64,000 nucleotides of DNA. It comes from Oscillospiraceae bacterium (GTDB taxonomy: Bacteria > Bacillota > Clostridia > Oscillospirales > Oscillospiraceae). Within the stretch, counting starts at the first letter, position 1, and the number at the start of each line of letters is the position of its first letter. Position numbers and translations under genes: made by a program. The stretch covers positions 4,981 through 68,980 of the forward strand of contig CAVHIP010000001.1 of assembly GCA_963636125.1 (NCBI GenBank), read 5' to 3'. The notes under the pieces are model-generated. The model saw only the letters and a list, made by a program, of their open reading frames with translations, was not told the DNA's origin and searched no databases. Positions 33,035 through 45,050 of the stretch are shown here, in pieces.

Positions 33035-33508
33035 TTATTCTTTTTTATGCCTTTTTCCGGTGAAAAAATTCTTCAGCAATCCTGCGCATTCCTCGGAGCA
33101 AATTCCGGAGAAAACCGCAGGCGAATGGCCGTATTTTTCCGAGAACAGGTCTATAACGCTTCCGACCGAACCCGTCAGCGCTTCGCGCGCTCCGAACACA
33201 AGGGTTGAAATGCGGCTCATTATTATTGCGCCGGCGCACATGGGGCATGGTTCAAGCGTTACATACATAGCGCATCCGTCAAGCCGCCAATCTCCGAGGT
33301 TGGAAGATGCTTCGCGTATCGCTTCCATTTCCGCATGCGCGGTAGCGTCATTTTTTTCGATTCTCCGGTTTCTGCCTCTGCCGATAACATTTCCGTCACC
33401 GTTGACAATGACGCAGCCCACCGGAACTTCGCCGTTTTCCGCAGCCTCGGCGGCAAGCGCAAGGGCGAGGGACATATAGTATTCTCTGCTGTTTTCCGTC
33501 AATCCCAT
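33035..33508 (-). CDS. tadA: tRNA-specific adenosine(34) deaminase
   Basis: The CDA zinc motifs HAEMEAI and PCPMCAGAI are present. The protein is 157 aa. Confidence 0.85.
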   Translation of the reverse strand: MGLTENSREYYMSLALALAAEAAENGEVPVGCVIVNGDGNVIGRGRNRRIEKNDATAHAEMEAIREASSNLGDWRLDGCAMYVTLEPCPMCAGAIIMSRISTLVFGAREALTGSVGSVIDLFSEKYGHSPAVFSGICSEECAGLLKNFFTGKRHKKE

Positions 33509-33571
33509 GCTTCAATAACCTGTATCATAAAATATTTCAACGCTACAAAATGATGGCGCGGCGCCGTAAAA

Positions 33572-33600
33572 AACGGAGAGAGGAAATCCTTCTCTCCGTT
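33572..33600. terminator. Bidirectional intrinsic terminator downstream of pta
   Basis: AACGGAGAGA / TCTCTCCGTT stem with a 9-nt loop. An A-run lies upstream and TTTTTATT downstream; on the minus strand it is followed by TTTTTT. Confidence 0.7.
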
Positions 33601-33627
33601 TTTATTAAGACAGCGCTTAAAATTCAA

Positions 33628-34626
33628 TTACTTGAGGGCGGCGGTTATGATCGCCATCTGATAGACTTCCTCTGCGTTGCAGCCGCGGCTGAGGTCGTTG
33701 ATGGGGGCGTTGAGGCCCTGAAGAATGGGGCCGTATGCGGCAAAGCCGCCGAGACGCTGGGCAATTTTGTATCCGATATTGCCGGACTGAATTTCCGGGA
33801 AGATAAAGGTGTTGGCATAGCCGGCAACGCTGCTGCCCGGGAACTTAAGCTGGCCGACAACCGGGGAAACGGCGCAGTCAAACTGCATTTCGCCGTCGAT
33901 AGCGACATCGGGAGCCATTTCTTTGGCAATGGCCGTCGCTTCGCGCACGAGGTCAACGCTCGGACCTTTGCCGGAGCCCTTGGAGGAGTAGGACAGCATA
34001 GCAACTTTGGGATCAATGCCGAACACCTTTGCGGTTTTAGCAGTCTCAACTGCTACCTCGGCAAGCTGCTGAGCCGCGGTGAGAACCACATTGCCTTCTT
34101 TATCTTTCTTGTCCTCATAGGAGATATTGATGGCGCAGTCGCCCATGGCAAGCATCTCATCGCCGCGAACCATAATGAAGCAGGAGCTTACGAGATTTGC
34201 GCCCTTCTTCGTCTTGACAAGCTGGAGAGCGGGGCGGACGGTATCTGCGGTGGAGTATGTAGCGCCGCCGAGCAGAGCGTCGGCATAACCCATCTTGACA
34301 AGCATCGTGCCGAAATAGTTGCTCTTCATAAGGCTTGCGCGGCATTCGTCCGCGGTCATCTTGCCCTTGCGAAGTTCGACCATCTTTTCAACCATAGCGT
34401 CCATCAGATCGCTGGTTACGGGGTCGATTATATCAAGGCCTTCTATATCGAAGCCGCCCTTTGCGGCAGCCGCTTTGACTTCCTCTACATTGCCGACGAG
34501 AACGGGAGTGAGGAAGCCGTCCTTCTTAAGTCTTGCGGCGGCTTCAAGAATACGGGCATCCGGGCCTTCCGTGAAAACTATCTTGCGGGGATTTGCCTTG
34601 AGTATCTCAATAAGGTTTTCAAACAT
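33628..34626 (-). CDS. pta: Phosphate acetyltransferase
   Basis: 332 aa PTA_PTB family protein. Motifs: IVFTEGPDARILEAA, TYSTADTVRPALQ and GCNAEEVY. Confidence 0.9.
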   Translation of the reverse strand: MFENLIEILKANPRKIVFTEGPDARILEAAARLKKDGFLTPVLVGNVEEVKAAAAKGGFDIEGLDIIDPVTSDLMDAMVEKMVELRKGKMTADECRASLMKSNYFGTMLVKMGYADALLGGATYSTADTVRPALQLVKTKKGANLVSSCFIMVRGDEMLAMGDCAINISYEDKKDKEGNVVLTAAQQLAEVAVETAKTAKVFGIDPKVAMLSYSSKGSGKGPSVDLVREATAIAKEMAPDVAIDGEMQFDCAVSPVVGQLKFPGSSVAGYANTFIFPEIQSGNIGYKIAQRLGGFAAYGPILQGLNAPINDLSRGCNAEEVYQMAIITAALK

Positions 34627-34748
34627 ATTATTTTTCCTCCGTTATTTTTTACAAGGGATATACTTCAAAAAACCAACATCTCTACTTTACCACTATGCGC
34701 TCCGTTTTTCAAGGTTTTGGCGGGAATTTTTGAACTTTGCCGTCAAAT

Positions 34749-34781
34749 AAAGGCAGCGCCGCATAATGCGATGCTGCCTTT
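34749..34781 (-). terminator. Intrinsic terminator of rplA
   Basis: AAAGGCAGC / GCTGCCTTT stem with a 15-nt loop, followed on the minus strand by ATTTG. It lies 15 nt after the rplA stop. Confidence 0.55.
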
Positions 34782-34795
34782 GGTTATTATTGCAA

Positions 34796-35488
34796 TTAAA
34801 TCTGTTTCTGAGCATTGACCTTGACGCCGGGGCCCATTGTGGAGGCCGTGACGCAGGAACGGATATACTGACCTTTTGCGGTAGCGGGCTTCGCCTTGAT
34901 GATGGCGCCTATGAGAGCGACATAGTTCTCATAGAGCTTATCTGCGCCGAAGCTGACCTTGCCGATGGGGCAGTGAATGATGTTGGTCTTGTCCAGACGG
35001 TACTCAACCTTACCGGCTTTGGCTTCCTTGATAGCCTGCGCAACGTTGGCATTGACAGTGCCGGCCTTGGGAGAAGGCATCAAGCCCTTAGGACCGAGGA
35101 CTTTACCGAGCTTACCGATAACGCCCATCATCTTGGGGTGCGCAATAACGGTATCGAACTCAAACCAGTTCTCTTTCTGGATCTTTTCTACCAGTTCTGC
35201 TCCGCCTGCGTAATCTGCGCCGGCGGCAATAGCATCGTCAACCATCTCGGGCAGGCAGAAGCAAAGAACGCGGACGGTCTTGCCGGTGCCGTTGGGGAGA
35301 ACGATAGCGCCGCGAACCTGCTGGTCTGCGTGACGGCCGTCAACACCGAGCTTAACATGCAGCTCAACGGTTTCATCGAATTTGGCCTTGCTTGCGTTGC
35401 AAACAATGGTGAGTGCCTCCATGGGATCATAGAGGACGGACTTATCTATGAGCTTTGAGCTCTCTTTATAATTTTTACCTCTAAACAA
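34796..35488 (-). CDS. rplA: 50S ribosomal protein L1
   Basis: [24 protein letters not shown] and PNGTGK are canonical L1 sequences. The protein is 230 aa. Confidence 0.95.
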   Translation of the reverse strand: MFRGKNYKESSKLIDKSVLYDPMEALTIVCNASKAKFDETVELHVKLGVDGRHADQQVRGAIVLPNGTGKTVRVLCFCLPEMVDDAIAAGADYAGGAELVEKIQKENWFEFDTVIAHPKMMGVIGKLGKVLGPKGLMPSPKAGTVNANVAQAIKEAKAGKVEYRLDKTNIIHCPIGKVSFGADKLYENYVALIGAIIKAKPATAKGQYIRSCVTASTMGPGVKVNAQKQI

Positions 35489-35564
35489 TTTGTTTTCCTC
35501 CTAATAATGTGGTTAGTGCGGATGGATAAATCCTCCCACGTTGAGGAGCGATCTTACTCGCCCG

Positions 35565-35990
35565 TCAGTCTCCTACGATAACGCCCATGGAGCGGCAGGT
35601 GCCGGCTATCATGCTCATCGCGGACTCAATGTCAGTGCAGTTCAGGTCGGGCATCTTCTGCTCAGCGATCTTGCGGATGTTTTCCTTGCTGATCGTTGCG
35701 ACCTTATCTCTCTGGGGAACACCGGAAGCGGTCTCAATGCCGCAGGCTTTCTTGATGAGCAGAGCGGCAGGAGGAGTCTTGGTGATGAAGGTGAAGGAAC
35801 GGTCGGAGTATACGGTGATGACGACAGGGATAAGCATACCCATGTCATTCTTGGTGCGCTCATTGAAGTCCTTGGTGAACTGGCCTATATTTACGCCGTA
35901 CTGACCAAGCGCGGGACCTACAGGGGGAGCCGGAGTTGCCTTGCCGGCAGGGATCTGGAATCTTGCGTATCCAACTACTTTCTGTGCCAT
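35565..35990 (-). CDS. rplK: 50S ribosomal protein L11
   Basis: [24 protein letters not shown] is the canonical L11 sequence. The protein is 141 aa. Confidence 0.95.
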   Translation of the reverse strand: MAQKVVGYARFQIPAGKATPAPPVGPALGQYGVNIGQFTKDFNERTKNDMGMLIPVVITVYSDRSFTFITKTPPAALLIKKACGIETASGVPQRDKVATISKENIRKIAEQKMPDLNCTDIESAMSMIAGTCRSMGVIVGD

Positions 35991-36009
35991 TTACAGCACC
36001 TCTTTCTTA

Positions 36010-36537
36010 TTATTCTTTAATAACTTCGACCTGGTCAAGCTCCAAATCAATGGGAGTTTCTCTGCCGAACATGGAGACGACAACGCGAACTCTGTTCTTA
36101 TCAAGCTCAAGCTCGTCTACAACGCCGTTGAAGCCGGCAAGCGGTCCGTCATTAACTCTGACGGTATCGCCAAGCTCGTATCCGACGACAATCTCCTTGC
36201 GTTCGACACCCAGATCATAGATTTCCTGTTCCGTCAGGGGAATCGCCTTACCGTCCGCTCCGACAAAGCCGGTCGCGCCGCGGACATTGTGTATAAGATG
36301 CCAGCTCTCGTCCGTGAGAATCATCTTCACAAGGACATAGCCGGGGAACACTTTCCGCTCAACCTGTTTTGCTTCTCCGGAATCGGTATATTCGGTAACC
36401 GTTTCCAACGGAATGTTGACCTCTTTGATAAGGTCTGTCATTTTGCGGTTTTCGGCAGCCTTCATTACGGCGGCGGCAACCGCGTTTTCATAACCGGAAT
36501 AGGTATGGACAACATACCATTTTGCGTCTTCCGCCAT
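36010..36537 (-). CDS. nusG: Transcription termination/antitermination factor NusG
   Basis: KWYVVHTYSGYEN (NGN domain) and the KOW motif GDTVRVNDGPLAGFNG are present. It has the conserved position between secE and rplK. Confidence 0.95.
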   Translation of the reverse strand: MAEDAKWYVVHTYSGYENAVAAAVMKAAENRKMTDLIKEVNIPLETVTEYTDSGEAKQVERKVFPGYVLVKMILTDESWHLIHNVRGATGFVGADGKAIPLTEQEIYDLGVERKEIVVGYELGDTVRVNDGPLAGFNGVVDELELDKNRVRVVVSMFGRETPIDLELDQVEVIKE

Positions 36538-36539
36538 GC

Positions 36540-36815
36540 TTAATTACCCGAAAGTGTCAGCAGAGCCTTGACGAGAAGCTGTCCCACTTCATCGAAAGCC
36601 CACATAACTATTGCGGATGCAAACATCATGCCAAGAGAGACAAGCGTGTTCTTCGTGAAAGCTTTCGGCGTGGGCCATATAACTTTCTTAAGCTCGCTCT
36701 TCATCTCGCGAAACCATTTTGCAACCCTCTTGAAGAAGCCGGGTTTAGTATCGTCTTTCTTGACGGCGGTGACAGCCTTTGCGGGAGCTGTAGAGACTTT
36801 CTTTTCTTCAGCCAT
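36540..36815 (-). CDS. secE: Preprotein translocase subunit SecE
   Basis: The start was taken at MAEEKK (36815). The C-terminal motif is ELKKVIWPTPKAFTKNTLVSL plus one TM. It has the conserved position upstream of nusG. Confidence 0.85.
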   Translation of the reverse strand: MAEEKKVSTAPAKAVTAVKKDDTKPGFFKRVAKWFREMKSELKKVIWPTPKAFTKNTLVSLGMMFASAIVMWAFDEVGQLLVKALLTLSGN

Positions 36816-36835
36816 TTTCACGCATCCTTTCAGAC

Positions 36836-36997
36836 TTACTTGGTTTCTACGTGCTTGGTGTGTTTTCTGCAGAAGGGGCAATATTTCTTGCGCTCCAAAC
36901 GATCAGAAGTGTTTTTCTTGTTCTTGATCGTGTTGTAATTCCTCTGCTTGCATTCTTCGCATCTGAGTGTGATTTTAACTCTTGCGCCTGCAGCCAT
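36836..36997 (-). CDS. rpmG: 50S ribosomal protein L33
   Basis: This gene is below the ORF-track size cutoff. The reverse translation is [53 protein letters not shown] (53 aa, CxxC..CxxC zinc ribbon). A GGAGG RBS is present, and it has the conserved position upstream of secE. Confidence 0.9.
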   Translation of the reverse strand: MAAGARVKITLRCEECKQRNYNTIKNKKNTSDRLERKKYCPFCRKHTKHVETK

Positions 36998-37127
36998 TTA
37001 TTCGGCACCTCCTATTTTATTTACCCGCTTTTCAAAAGGCGGGCATTGCCTCCCTGTATTGAGCGGAAATCCCCGCGCGCGGAAAAAAGCGCGCAAAAAG
37101 AAACCTATCCGCTGACAGGTAATGTAT

Positions 37128-37156
37128 AATATAGCACACTGTTGCAAATCGGTCAA
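37128..37156 (-). promoter_or_regulatory. Sigma-A promoter of rpmG-secE-nusG-rplK-rplA
   Basis: On the minus strand: TTGACC (37156-37151), a 17-nt spacer, then TATATT (37133-37128). Confidence 0.5.
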
Positions 37157-37187
37157 CATTTATTTTGCCGTTTAAGAACGAAAATTA

Positions 37188-37217
37188 CAAGCGAAAGCGA
37201 GGGCGCGCTTCCGCTTG
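37188..37217 (-). terminator. Intrinsic terminator of the atp operon
   Basis: On the minus strand CAAGCGGAAGCG-cgccct-CGCTTTCGCTTG forms a 12-bp stem with one G-U pair. It is followed by TAATTTTCGTT and lies 12 nt after the atpC stop. Confidence 0.6.
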
Positions 37218-37228
37218 CAACATGCCGC

Positions 37229-39953
<2,725 letters not shown>

Positions 39954-39971
39954 ACGTATTTACCGCCCGGT

Positions 39972-41717
39972 TTACTGCTTCTCCGAACTCCATTGCTTCA
40001 AAAAGCTCTCGGACAAAGCGATAATTTCATCTCTCGTTTCATCGGTAAGCTCTCCGCTTTGACTTATCCGCCCGCAAATTTCCCCTGCGTTCTCCTCAAT
40101 GTAACTAATCAGAGAGCGCTTAAATTCGTTTATATTTTCAAGCGGTATATCCTGCATTACGTGATTGAGGGCGGCGACCAAGCAAATTACCTGCTCATAC
40201 TGCGCCATAGGCCGGTATTGCTCCTGCTTGAGTATCTGCATCAGTCCCTGCCCATGTTTAAGCTGTCTCTTCGTCGCATCGTCAAAATCGCTCGAAAAGC
40301 GGGTAAAAACTTCCATCTCGCGGTATTGCGCAAGCTCAAGACGAATTGCGCCGGCCGCTTTCTTCATGGCCTTTGTCTGCGCATCGCCCCCAACGCGGGA
40401 AACCGAAATGCCGACATTAACGGCCGGTCTCTGCCCGGCAAAGAACAAGTCGCTCTCCAGGAAAATCTGCCCGTCGGTAATTGAAATAATATTGGTCGGG
40501 ATATACGCGGAGACATCGCCTGCCTGTGTTTCGACAATCGGCAAGGCGGTCATGCTTCCGCCGCCCTTGGCGTCGGAGAGATGAGCGGATCGCTCCAGCA
40601 GACGCGAATGAAGATAGAACACATCGCCCGGATAGGCCTCGCGCCCTGGCGAGCGCTCCAGCAAAAGGGATATTTCGCGATACGCGACGGCGTGCTTGGA
40701 TAAATCGTCATAGACGATCAGCACGTCTTTGCCTCTGTTCATAAAGAACTCGCCTATAGCGCACCCGGAATAAGGGGCGATGTACTGCAGCGGGGCAGCG
40801 TCGCTTGCGTTGGCGCAGACAACGACGGTATAGTCAAGCGCGCCGTTTTTTCGCAGGATTTCAACCAGCCGGGCCACCGAGCTTGCCTTTTGCCCGATCG
40901 CAACGTAAATGCAAATGACGTCTTTCCCCTTTTGGTTGAGAATCGTATCCAGCGCAATCGCCGTTTTGCCCGTCTGGCGATCGCCGATTATCAGTTCGCG
41001 CTGGCCGCGCCCGATCGGAAACATGGAGTCAATAACCAACAGGCCGGTTTCCAGAGGAGTATTGACCGGCTGCCTGTCAATAATGCCGGGAGCCGGAGAT
41101 TCTATAGGGCTGTACCCCTCCGCATCTATCGGGCCCTTGCCGTCAACGGGAGATCCGAGAGCGTCGACAACCCTTCCGATAAAGTTGCCGCCGACAGGCA
41201 CACCCGCGGTTTTTCCGGTCCTTTTTACTGTGCTGCCCTCGACAATGTCTTTATCATCGCCGAAAAGAATACAGCCGATATATTCCGGTCTCAGCTCCTG
41301 CACCATGCCGCGCACGCCCGAAGAGAAGAGCAAGATTTCTCCGTAGGCCGCGCCTTCAAGTCCGCTGACTTTGGCGATGCCGTCGCCGACGCTCAACACC
41401 TCGCCTTTTTCCTCCGCAATCGCTTTCGGCGTCCAGTTGGAAATGGCTTCTCTCAAAAGCGGAATCACATCGGAGGCGTTATCTTCTTCGATCTTTGAAA
41501 GCTCTTTCTGCAGCTGTTGAAGGCGTCCTTTTGCGCTCCAGTTGTACGTCTCCGCGCCTACTTTGAGCACAAAGCCGTTTTGAAGCGAAGTATCCTGCTC
41601 CCATGTCAGAGAAACATTCGCGGAATATTTGTTTTTAAGAAATTCGAGAAATTTCCCGTAATGAGAAGCGTCGGGCTCGACAGCGCTGTAAAGAACCGCG
41701 TTAATCTTGCTCTCCAT
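39972..41717 (-). CDS. atpA: F-type ATP synthase subunit alpha with an N-terminal delta(OSCP)-C-terminal-domain-like extension
   Basis: The alpha core has GDRQTGKTA (Walker A), [11 protein letters not shown] and similar motifs. The start is taken at the ATG at 41717 ([17 protein letters not shown]). The first ~80 aa (nt ~41478-41717) are not alpha-like but resemble the end of subunit delta ([27 protein letters not shown]). The protein is 581 aa versus ~500 for a typical alpha. Confidence 0.9.
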   Translation of the reverse strand: MESKINAVLYSAVEPDASHYGKFLEFLKNKYSANVSLTWEQDTSLQNGFVLKVGAETYNWSAKGRLQQLQKELSKIEEDNASDVIPLLREAISNWTPKAIAEEKGEVLSVGDGIAKVSGLEGAAYGEILLFSSGVRGMVQELRPEYIGCILFGDDKDIVEGSTVKRTGKTAGVPVGGNFIGRVVDALGSPVDGKGPIDAEGYSPIESPAPGIIDRQPVNTPLETGLLVIDSMFPIGRGQRELIIGDRQTGKTAIALDTILNQKGKDVICIYVAIGQKASSVARLVEILRKNGALDYTVVVCANASDAAPLQYIAPYSGCAIGEFFMNRGKDVLIVYDDLSKHAVAYREISLLLERSPGREAYPGDVFYLHSRLLERSAHLSDAKGGGSMTALPIVETQAGDVSAYIPTNIISITDGQIFLESDLFFAGQRPAVNVGISVSRVGGDAQTKAMKKAAGAIRLELAQYREMEVFTRFSSDFDDATKRQLKHGQGLMQILKQEQYRPMAQYEQVICLVAALNHVMQDIPLENINEFKRSLISYIEENAGEICGRISQSGELTDETRDEIIALSESFLKQWSSEKQ

Positions 41718-42201
41718 ACGTCTCACCTTTCTCGGATGCGTTCAGGAATTCATCGTATGAAGCATTCAAAGAGTCCTGAGTTATTTTCCCAACGGCCGAA
41801 ACTGCCAATTCGGCAATCTCCTGCTGCGCAGACGCAATGATTTTATCCCGCTCTGCTTTTGCGTTTGCTCTGGCTTCATTGAGTATCTCTTCAGCCTGCG
41901 CATTCGCACTCTGCAATTTTGCGGCCGCTTCTTTTTCAGCTTCCGCCGCCTCTGCCGCTCTCATCCGAGCGATTTCAGCCTTGGCGCTTTCGATTTCCGC
42001 CTGATTGTTTTTCACAATCTCTTCGGCGCTGCGCATTTTTTCTTCCGCATCGGCGCCCAGCTGCTTATAATAATCGGCGCGCTTATCCATAAATTGCTTA
42101 ACCGGTTTATACAGCAGCAGATACAAGCCGACAGCCAATATTGCAAAATTCAGCAAATGAAGCAATATCTGCTGCCAATCAATATTCAAGGGGATATTCA
42201 T
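41701..42201 (-). CDS. atpF: F-type ATP synthase subunit b
   Basis: 166 aa with a single N-terminal TM ([23 protein letters not shown]) followed by a long Ala/Glu/Lys-rich helix. Confidence 0.85.
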   Translation of the reverse strand: MNIPLNIDWQQILLHLLNFAILAVGLYLLLYKPVKQFMDKRADYYKQLGADAEEKMRSAEEIVKNNQAEIESAKAEIARMRAAEAAEAEKEAAAKLQSANAQAEEILNEARANAKAERDKIIASAQQEIAELAVSAVGKITQDSLNASYDEFLNASEKGETYGEQD

Positions 42202-42216
42202 CAGCGCGTCCTCCCA

Positions 42217-42603
42217 TTACAGAACAAATATAATCATGATGGCAACAATCAGCGCGTAAATAATAGCTGTTTCTATGAATACCAGGCCGAGCATAAGGCT
42301 GGTTCTGACCGCGCCCTCGGCCTCGGGCTGGCGGGAAATACTCTCAACGGATTTAACTATGGCCATGCTCATACCGATTGCGCCGGCAGTGGCGACAAGG
42401 CCGATAACAGCGGCGGCGGCAATTGCCTTTGCGCCTGTAAAACTATCTTCTGCCGATTCTTCATTCGTTTCAACGCTCTCGCTCGCATCGGCCGGCAAAG
42501 CGGCTTCGCCCTCATCGGCCGCCGCATAGGCAGGCAGACACACTAGGGACAATACCAATACAAGGATAAACAGAACAGTAATCTTTTTCATGAAATTTTT
42601 CAT
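42217..42603 (-). CDS. atpE: F-type ATP synthase subunit c with a long N-terminal extension
   Basis: The C-terminal ~73 aa form a canonical c hairpin (..AIGMSMAIVKSVESISRQPEAEG..LGLVFIETAIIYALIVAIMI, with the RQPE loop and the helix-2 carboxylate E). The first ~55 aa are a signal-peptide-like segment plus an acidic linker. Confidence 0.85.
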   Translation of the reverse strand: MKNFMKKITVLFILVLVLSLVCLPAYAAADEGEAALPADASESVETNEESAEDSFTGAKAIAAAAVIGLVATAGAIGMSMAIVKSVESISRQPEAEGAVRTSLMLGLVFIETAIIYALIVAIMIIFVL

Positions 42604-42637
42604 TTTTATACCTCAATTTCAGGCCGCAGCCTTTATA

Positions 42638-43444
42638 TTATTTTTTACGCGGCTCGGAAACCTCGCCGTAAAACACCGCCGTCAACATGGTCAACACGTA
42701 GGTTTGAATCAGCGCGTGCAAAAGCGTGAACATAACGCCTACAACAACAGGCAAAACAAAGCTGAGCTGGATAAAATAATAAACCATTTCGGTAATCAGC
42801 AATCCGCTCAAAAAAGCGCCGAACAGACGGAAGCTCATCGAGATGGGCAGAGAAAAATCTTTCAGAGTATTGAGCACGCCTCCGAAACCGTTTCCCACGA
42901 TACCGCCGGATAAAATAATCAGATACGACAGGCATCCCATGGCAATCGCGGCATTTATATCCGACAGAGGCGCAGGGAGAGAGATTGAATTTCCCTGGGT
43001 TGTAACAGCCTGAAATCCGAAAAGCTCGAACAGAGTGCTGACAAATATGTACGTCCCCGCCGCGAAAATATACGCTCCGAGGAATCCGTTGCGATGCGGA
43101 CTGTTTGATTTTGCCATTCTGTCAAAAATGCCCACCGCTTCCTCCAGCAGTAGCTGGAATTTGCCGGGAACAAGCTGAAACTTCGGTATCGCAAAAATCC
43201 TGATACAGGCCGCTATCACCAAAAGGGTGATATTCACCGCAACGGCGGATATTAACGCGGGATTCACGTCTTTTATGCCCAGGAAATTAATTTTGCCGTT
43301 TTCATGCAGCACAGCGTCCCGCATAGTTTCCTTGATAGATTCGGGTTTTTCTCCTCCGGTATCGGTGAACACAATTCCGACAATCAAAACCGCCGCAATC
43401 AAAAGAAAAATTATAATGGCTGTCGTCTTTTTCTTTTTACTCAA
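42638..43444 (-). CDS. atpB: F-type ATP synthase subunit a
   Basis: 268 aa containing the conserved SMSFRLFGAFLSG (essential Arg) and HALIQTYVLTMLT motifs. The apparent start is a TTG at 43444 with an AGGAG upstream. Confidence 0.85.
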   Translation of the reverse strand: MSKKKKTTAIIIFLLIAAVLIVGIVFTDTGGEKPESIKETMRDAVLHENGKINFLGIKDVNPALISAVAVNITLLVIAACIRIFAIPKFQLVPGKFQLLLEEAVGIFDRMAKSNSPHRNGFLGAYIFAAGTYIFVSTLFELFGFQAVTTQGNSISLPAPLSDINAAIAMGCLSYLIILSGGIVGNGFGGVLNTLKDFSLPISMSFRLFGAFLSGLLITEMVYYFIQLSFVLPVVVGVMFTLLHALIQTYVLTMLTAVFYGEVSEPRKK

Positions 43445-43537
43445 AAATGACCGGCTCCTTTCCGAAAAGATTGTGTGAAAAAAGTAGTAACTATCAGACG
43501 CATCAGAGTCTGTTCAAGTCACTATTTGATTATTTAT

Positions 43538-43565
43538 ATTATATATCTTAAATGTTTTATGTCAA
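43538..43565 (-). promoter_or_regulatory. Near-consensus sigma-A promoter of the atp operon
   Basis: On the minus strand: TTGACA (43565-43560), a 16-nt spacer, then TATAAT (43543-43538). Confidence 0.55.
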
Positions 43566-43592
43566 TAACCTGACAGAGGTGAAAAAATAACG

Positions 43593-43620
43593 CCCTTTGT
43601 CGGTCGACAGCGGCAAAGGG
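43593..43620 (-). terminator. Intrinsic terminator downstream of the htrA-like gene
   Basis: On the minus strand CCCTTTG-ccgctgtcgaccga-CAAAGGG is followed by CGTTATTTTTT. Confidence 0.6.
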
Positions 43621-43646
43621 ATACTTACAGTCTTCGCATGAGATAT

Positions 43647-43700
43647 CTTTTGAAGCCTAACCGCGTTTTGATGCGGTCAGGCTTCAAAAGTTTTCATTAA
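43647..43700. repeat. Conserved palindromic element, copy B (inverted relative to copy A at 31802-31859)
   Basis: CTTTTGAAGCCT aACCGCgttttgatGCGGTc AGGCTTCAAAAG, followed by TTTTCATTAA. The 12-nt arms are identical to copy A, and read on the minus strand the flanks TTAATGAAA and GGTT are shared too. Confidence 0.75.
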
Positions 43701-43705
43701 TGGTA

Positions 43706-45034
43706 TCAATACAGATCGTTTGTTTCCATCAGGGTTATTTCGGTCTCTATCCACTCGCCGTCGCGCCATATTTTCATGGTGAGCGTATCGCCGACGCTGA
43801 GCTTGTCTTTGATAGCCTGTATCTCTGCCGTCGTTTCAACGGGCGTACCGTTAACCTCGGTAATAACATCGCCTTTCTTTATGCCCTTGGCGGCGGCATC
43901 GGAATTTTCCTGCACATCCGTGACATATACGCCGGACGGCATGTCATATTCCTCGCGCGCCTTCTCGGGGACTGCGCCGACCGTGATGCCGATTGACGGA
44001 CGGCCGAGAACCTTGCCGTATTTCACAATAGAGCCGACAACGGTTTTTACCGTCTCCGACGGAATGGCAAAGCCGATGCCCTCAATGCTGGAATAGCTGG
44101 ACATCATCTTCATGTTTGTTATACCGATAACCTGCCCTGCCATATTGAAAAGCGCGCCGCCGGAATTGCCGGAATTGAGAGCCGTATTTGTCTGGAGCAG
44201 AGCCATGGAGCGCCCCTTATAGCTGATATCCCTGTCAATCGCGGAAATAATTCCGTTTGTCAGAGTCGTTCGGAATTTTTCTCCGATGGGATTGCCGATT
44301 GCGGCGACCTCATCTCCGACTCTCAGCTTGTCGCTCTGCCCGAACTGCGCGCACTTAAGTCCTTCGGCTTCTATCTTGAGCACGGCAATATCGCTTATTG
44401 CGTCAGCCCCGACAAGAGAGGCGTCATATTCCGTATCATCGTCCAGCTTTACGGTGACCTTGTCGCAGTCCTCAATAACGTGCGAATTGGTGAGGATAAG
44501 CCCGTCCTCGGTGAGAACGATGCCTGTTCCCCAATAATAGCCGTCATAATCATCCTGATAGCCGTAAATCGCCACAATCGACTTCGAGCAGCTGTCGTAC
44601 AAATCCCCGAGGGACATCTCCTCGCCCTTTTCATTCAGCTCTATCTCAAAAGAGGAATCATATTCGCACTCCGGAATGCCAACGTTCACATCTGCGGAGG
44701 TGTCTTCGGCTTTCTGATAATAGCTGTCAAAGAAATCCTCTGCGGAATCGGGCATTCCGCCGCTTTCATTACCATCGTCATCCCGGCCGCTGCCGTCATC
44801 CCACAGAAAATCATCGCCAAAGGCACCGGCTATTTCATCATTGATTTTGTCACGGGTATATCTTGCGCTTGCAACGGATGTGCCGACAATCAACAGCAAA
44901 ACTATGAGTATAATGCCCGCAATGCGCCATCCCGCCGGTTTTCTTTTGTTTGCCTGTTTATTGCTTACCGGCTGATCAATGCGCTCATCGGAGGCGCTTT
45001 TGTACCATTCGCGCTCGTTATTTATATTATCCAT
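43706..45034 (-). CDS. htrA: HtrA/DegP-family (S1C) serine protease with a PDZ domain, membrane-anchored
   Basis: 442 aa with an N-terminal TM anchor. The trypsin-fold motifs are LTNSHVI and TNTALNSGNSGGALFN (catalytic Ser). The C-terminal PDZ domain contains GVYVTDVQENSDAAAKGIKKGDVI. Confidence 0.85.
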   Translation of the reverse strand: MDNINNEREWYKSASDERIDQPVSNKQANKRKPAGWRIAGIILIVLLLIVGTSVASARYTRDKINDEIAGAFGDDFLWDDGSGRDDDGNESGGMPDSAEDFFDSYYQKAEDTSADVNVGIPECEYDSSFEIELNEKGEEMSLGDLYDSCSKSIVAIYGYQDDYDGYYWGTGIVLTEDGLILTNSHVIEDCDKVTVKLDDDTEYDASLVGADAISDIAVLKIEAEGLKCAQFGQSDKLRVGDEVAAIGNPIGEKFRTTLTNGIISAIDRDISYKGRSMALLQTNTALNSGNSGGALFNMAGQVIGITNMKMMSSYSSIEGIGFAIPSETVKTVVGSIVKYGKVLGRPSIGITVGAVPEKAREEYDMPSGVYVTDVQENSDAAAKGIKKGDVITEVNGTPVETTAEIQAIKDKLSVGDTLTMKIWRDGEWIETEITLMETNDLY

Positions 45035-45050
45035 CTTCTAACCTCGAATT

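Noticed and set aside
33550-34818. A long (422 aa) plus-strand ORF antisense to pta. Similar antisense ORFs lie at 7183-8448, 23513-24565, 39525-40484, 48672-49637, 50534-51964, 53797-54843 and 57930-58802.
   Set aside because: All lie opposite confidently identified conserved genes. Their translations are Arg/Ala/Gly-rich with no recognisable motifs or RBS. They are the expected by-product of GC-rich third codon positions.
35489-35564. An L1-binding autoregulatory structure in the rplK-rplA spacer
   Set aside because: I can see a GGGAGG...CC pairing potential, but I cannot match it to the 23S L1-stalk mimic from memory with any confidence.
36998-37127. GC-rich hairpins (GCGCGC-ttttttcc-GCGCGC; GCCCGC-cttttgaaaa-GCGGGT) in the rpmG leader, considered as an attenuator
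   Set aside because: I know of no regulatory element that matches. The stems are short and conservation cannot be assessed here.
42217-42435. Na+ specificity of the c-ring
   Set aside because: Helix 2 has E-T-x-x-x-Y, but the helix-1 Gln ligand position is Met and the second Ser/Thr position is Ala. The Na+ motif is therefore incomplete, and H+ coupling is the default.
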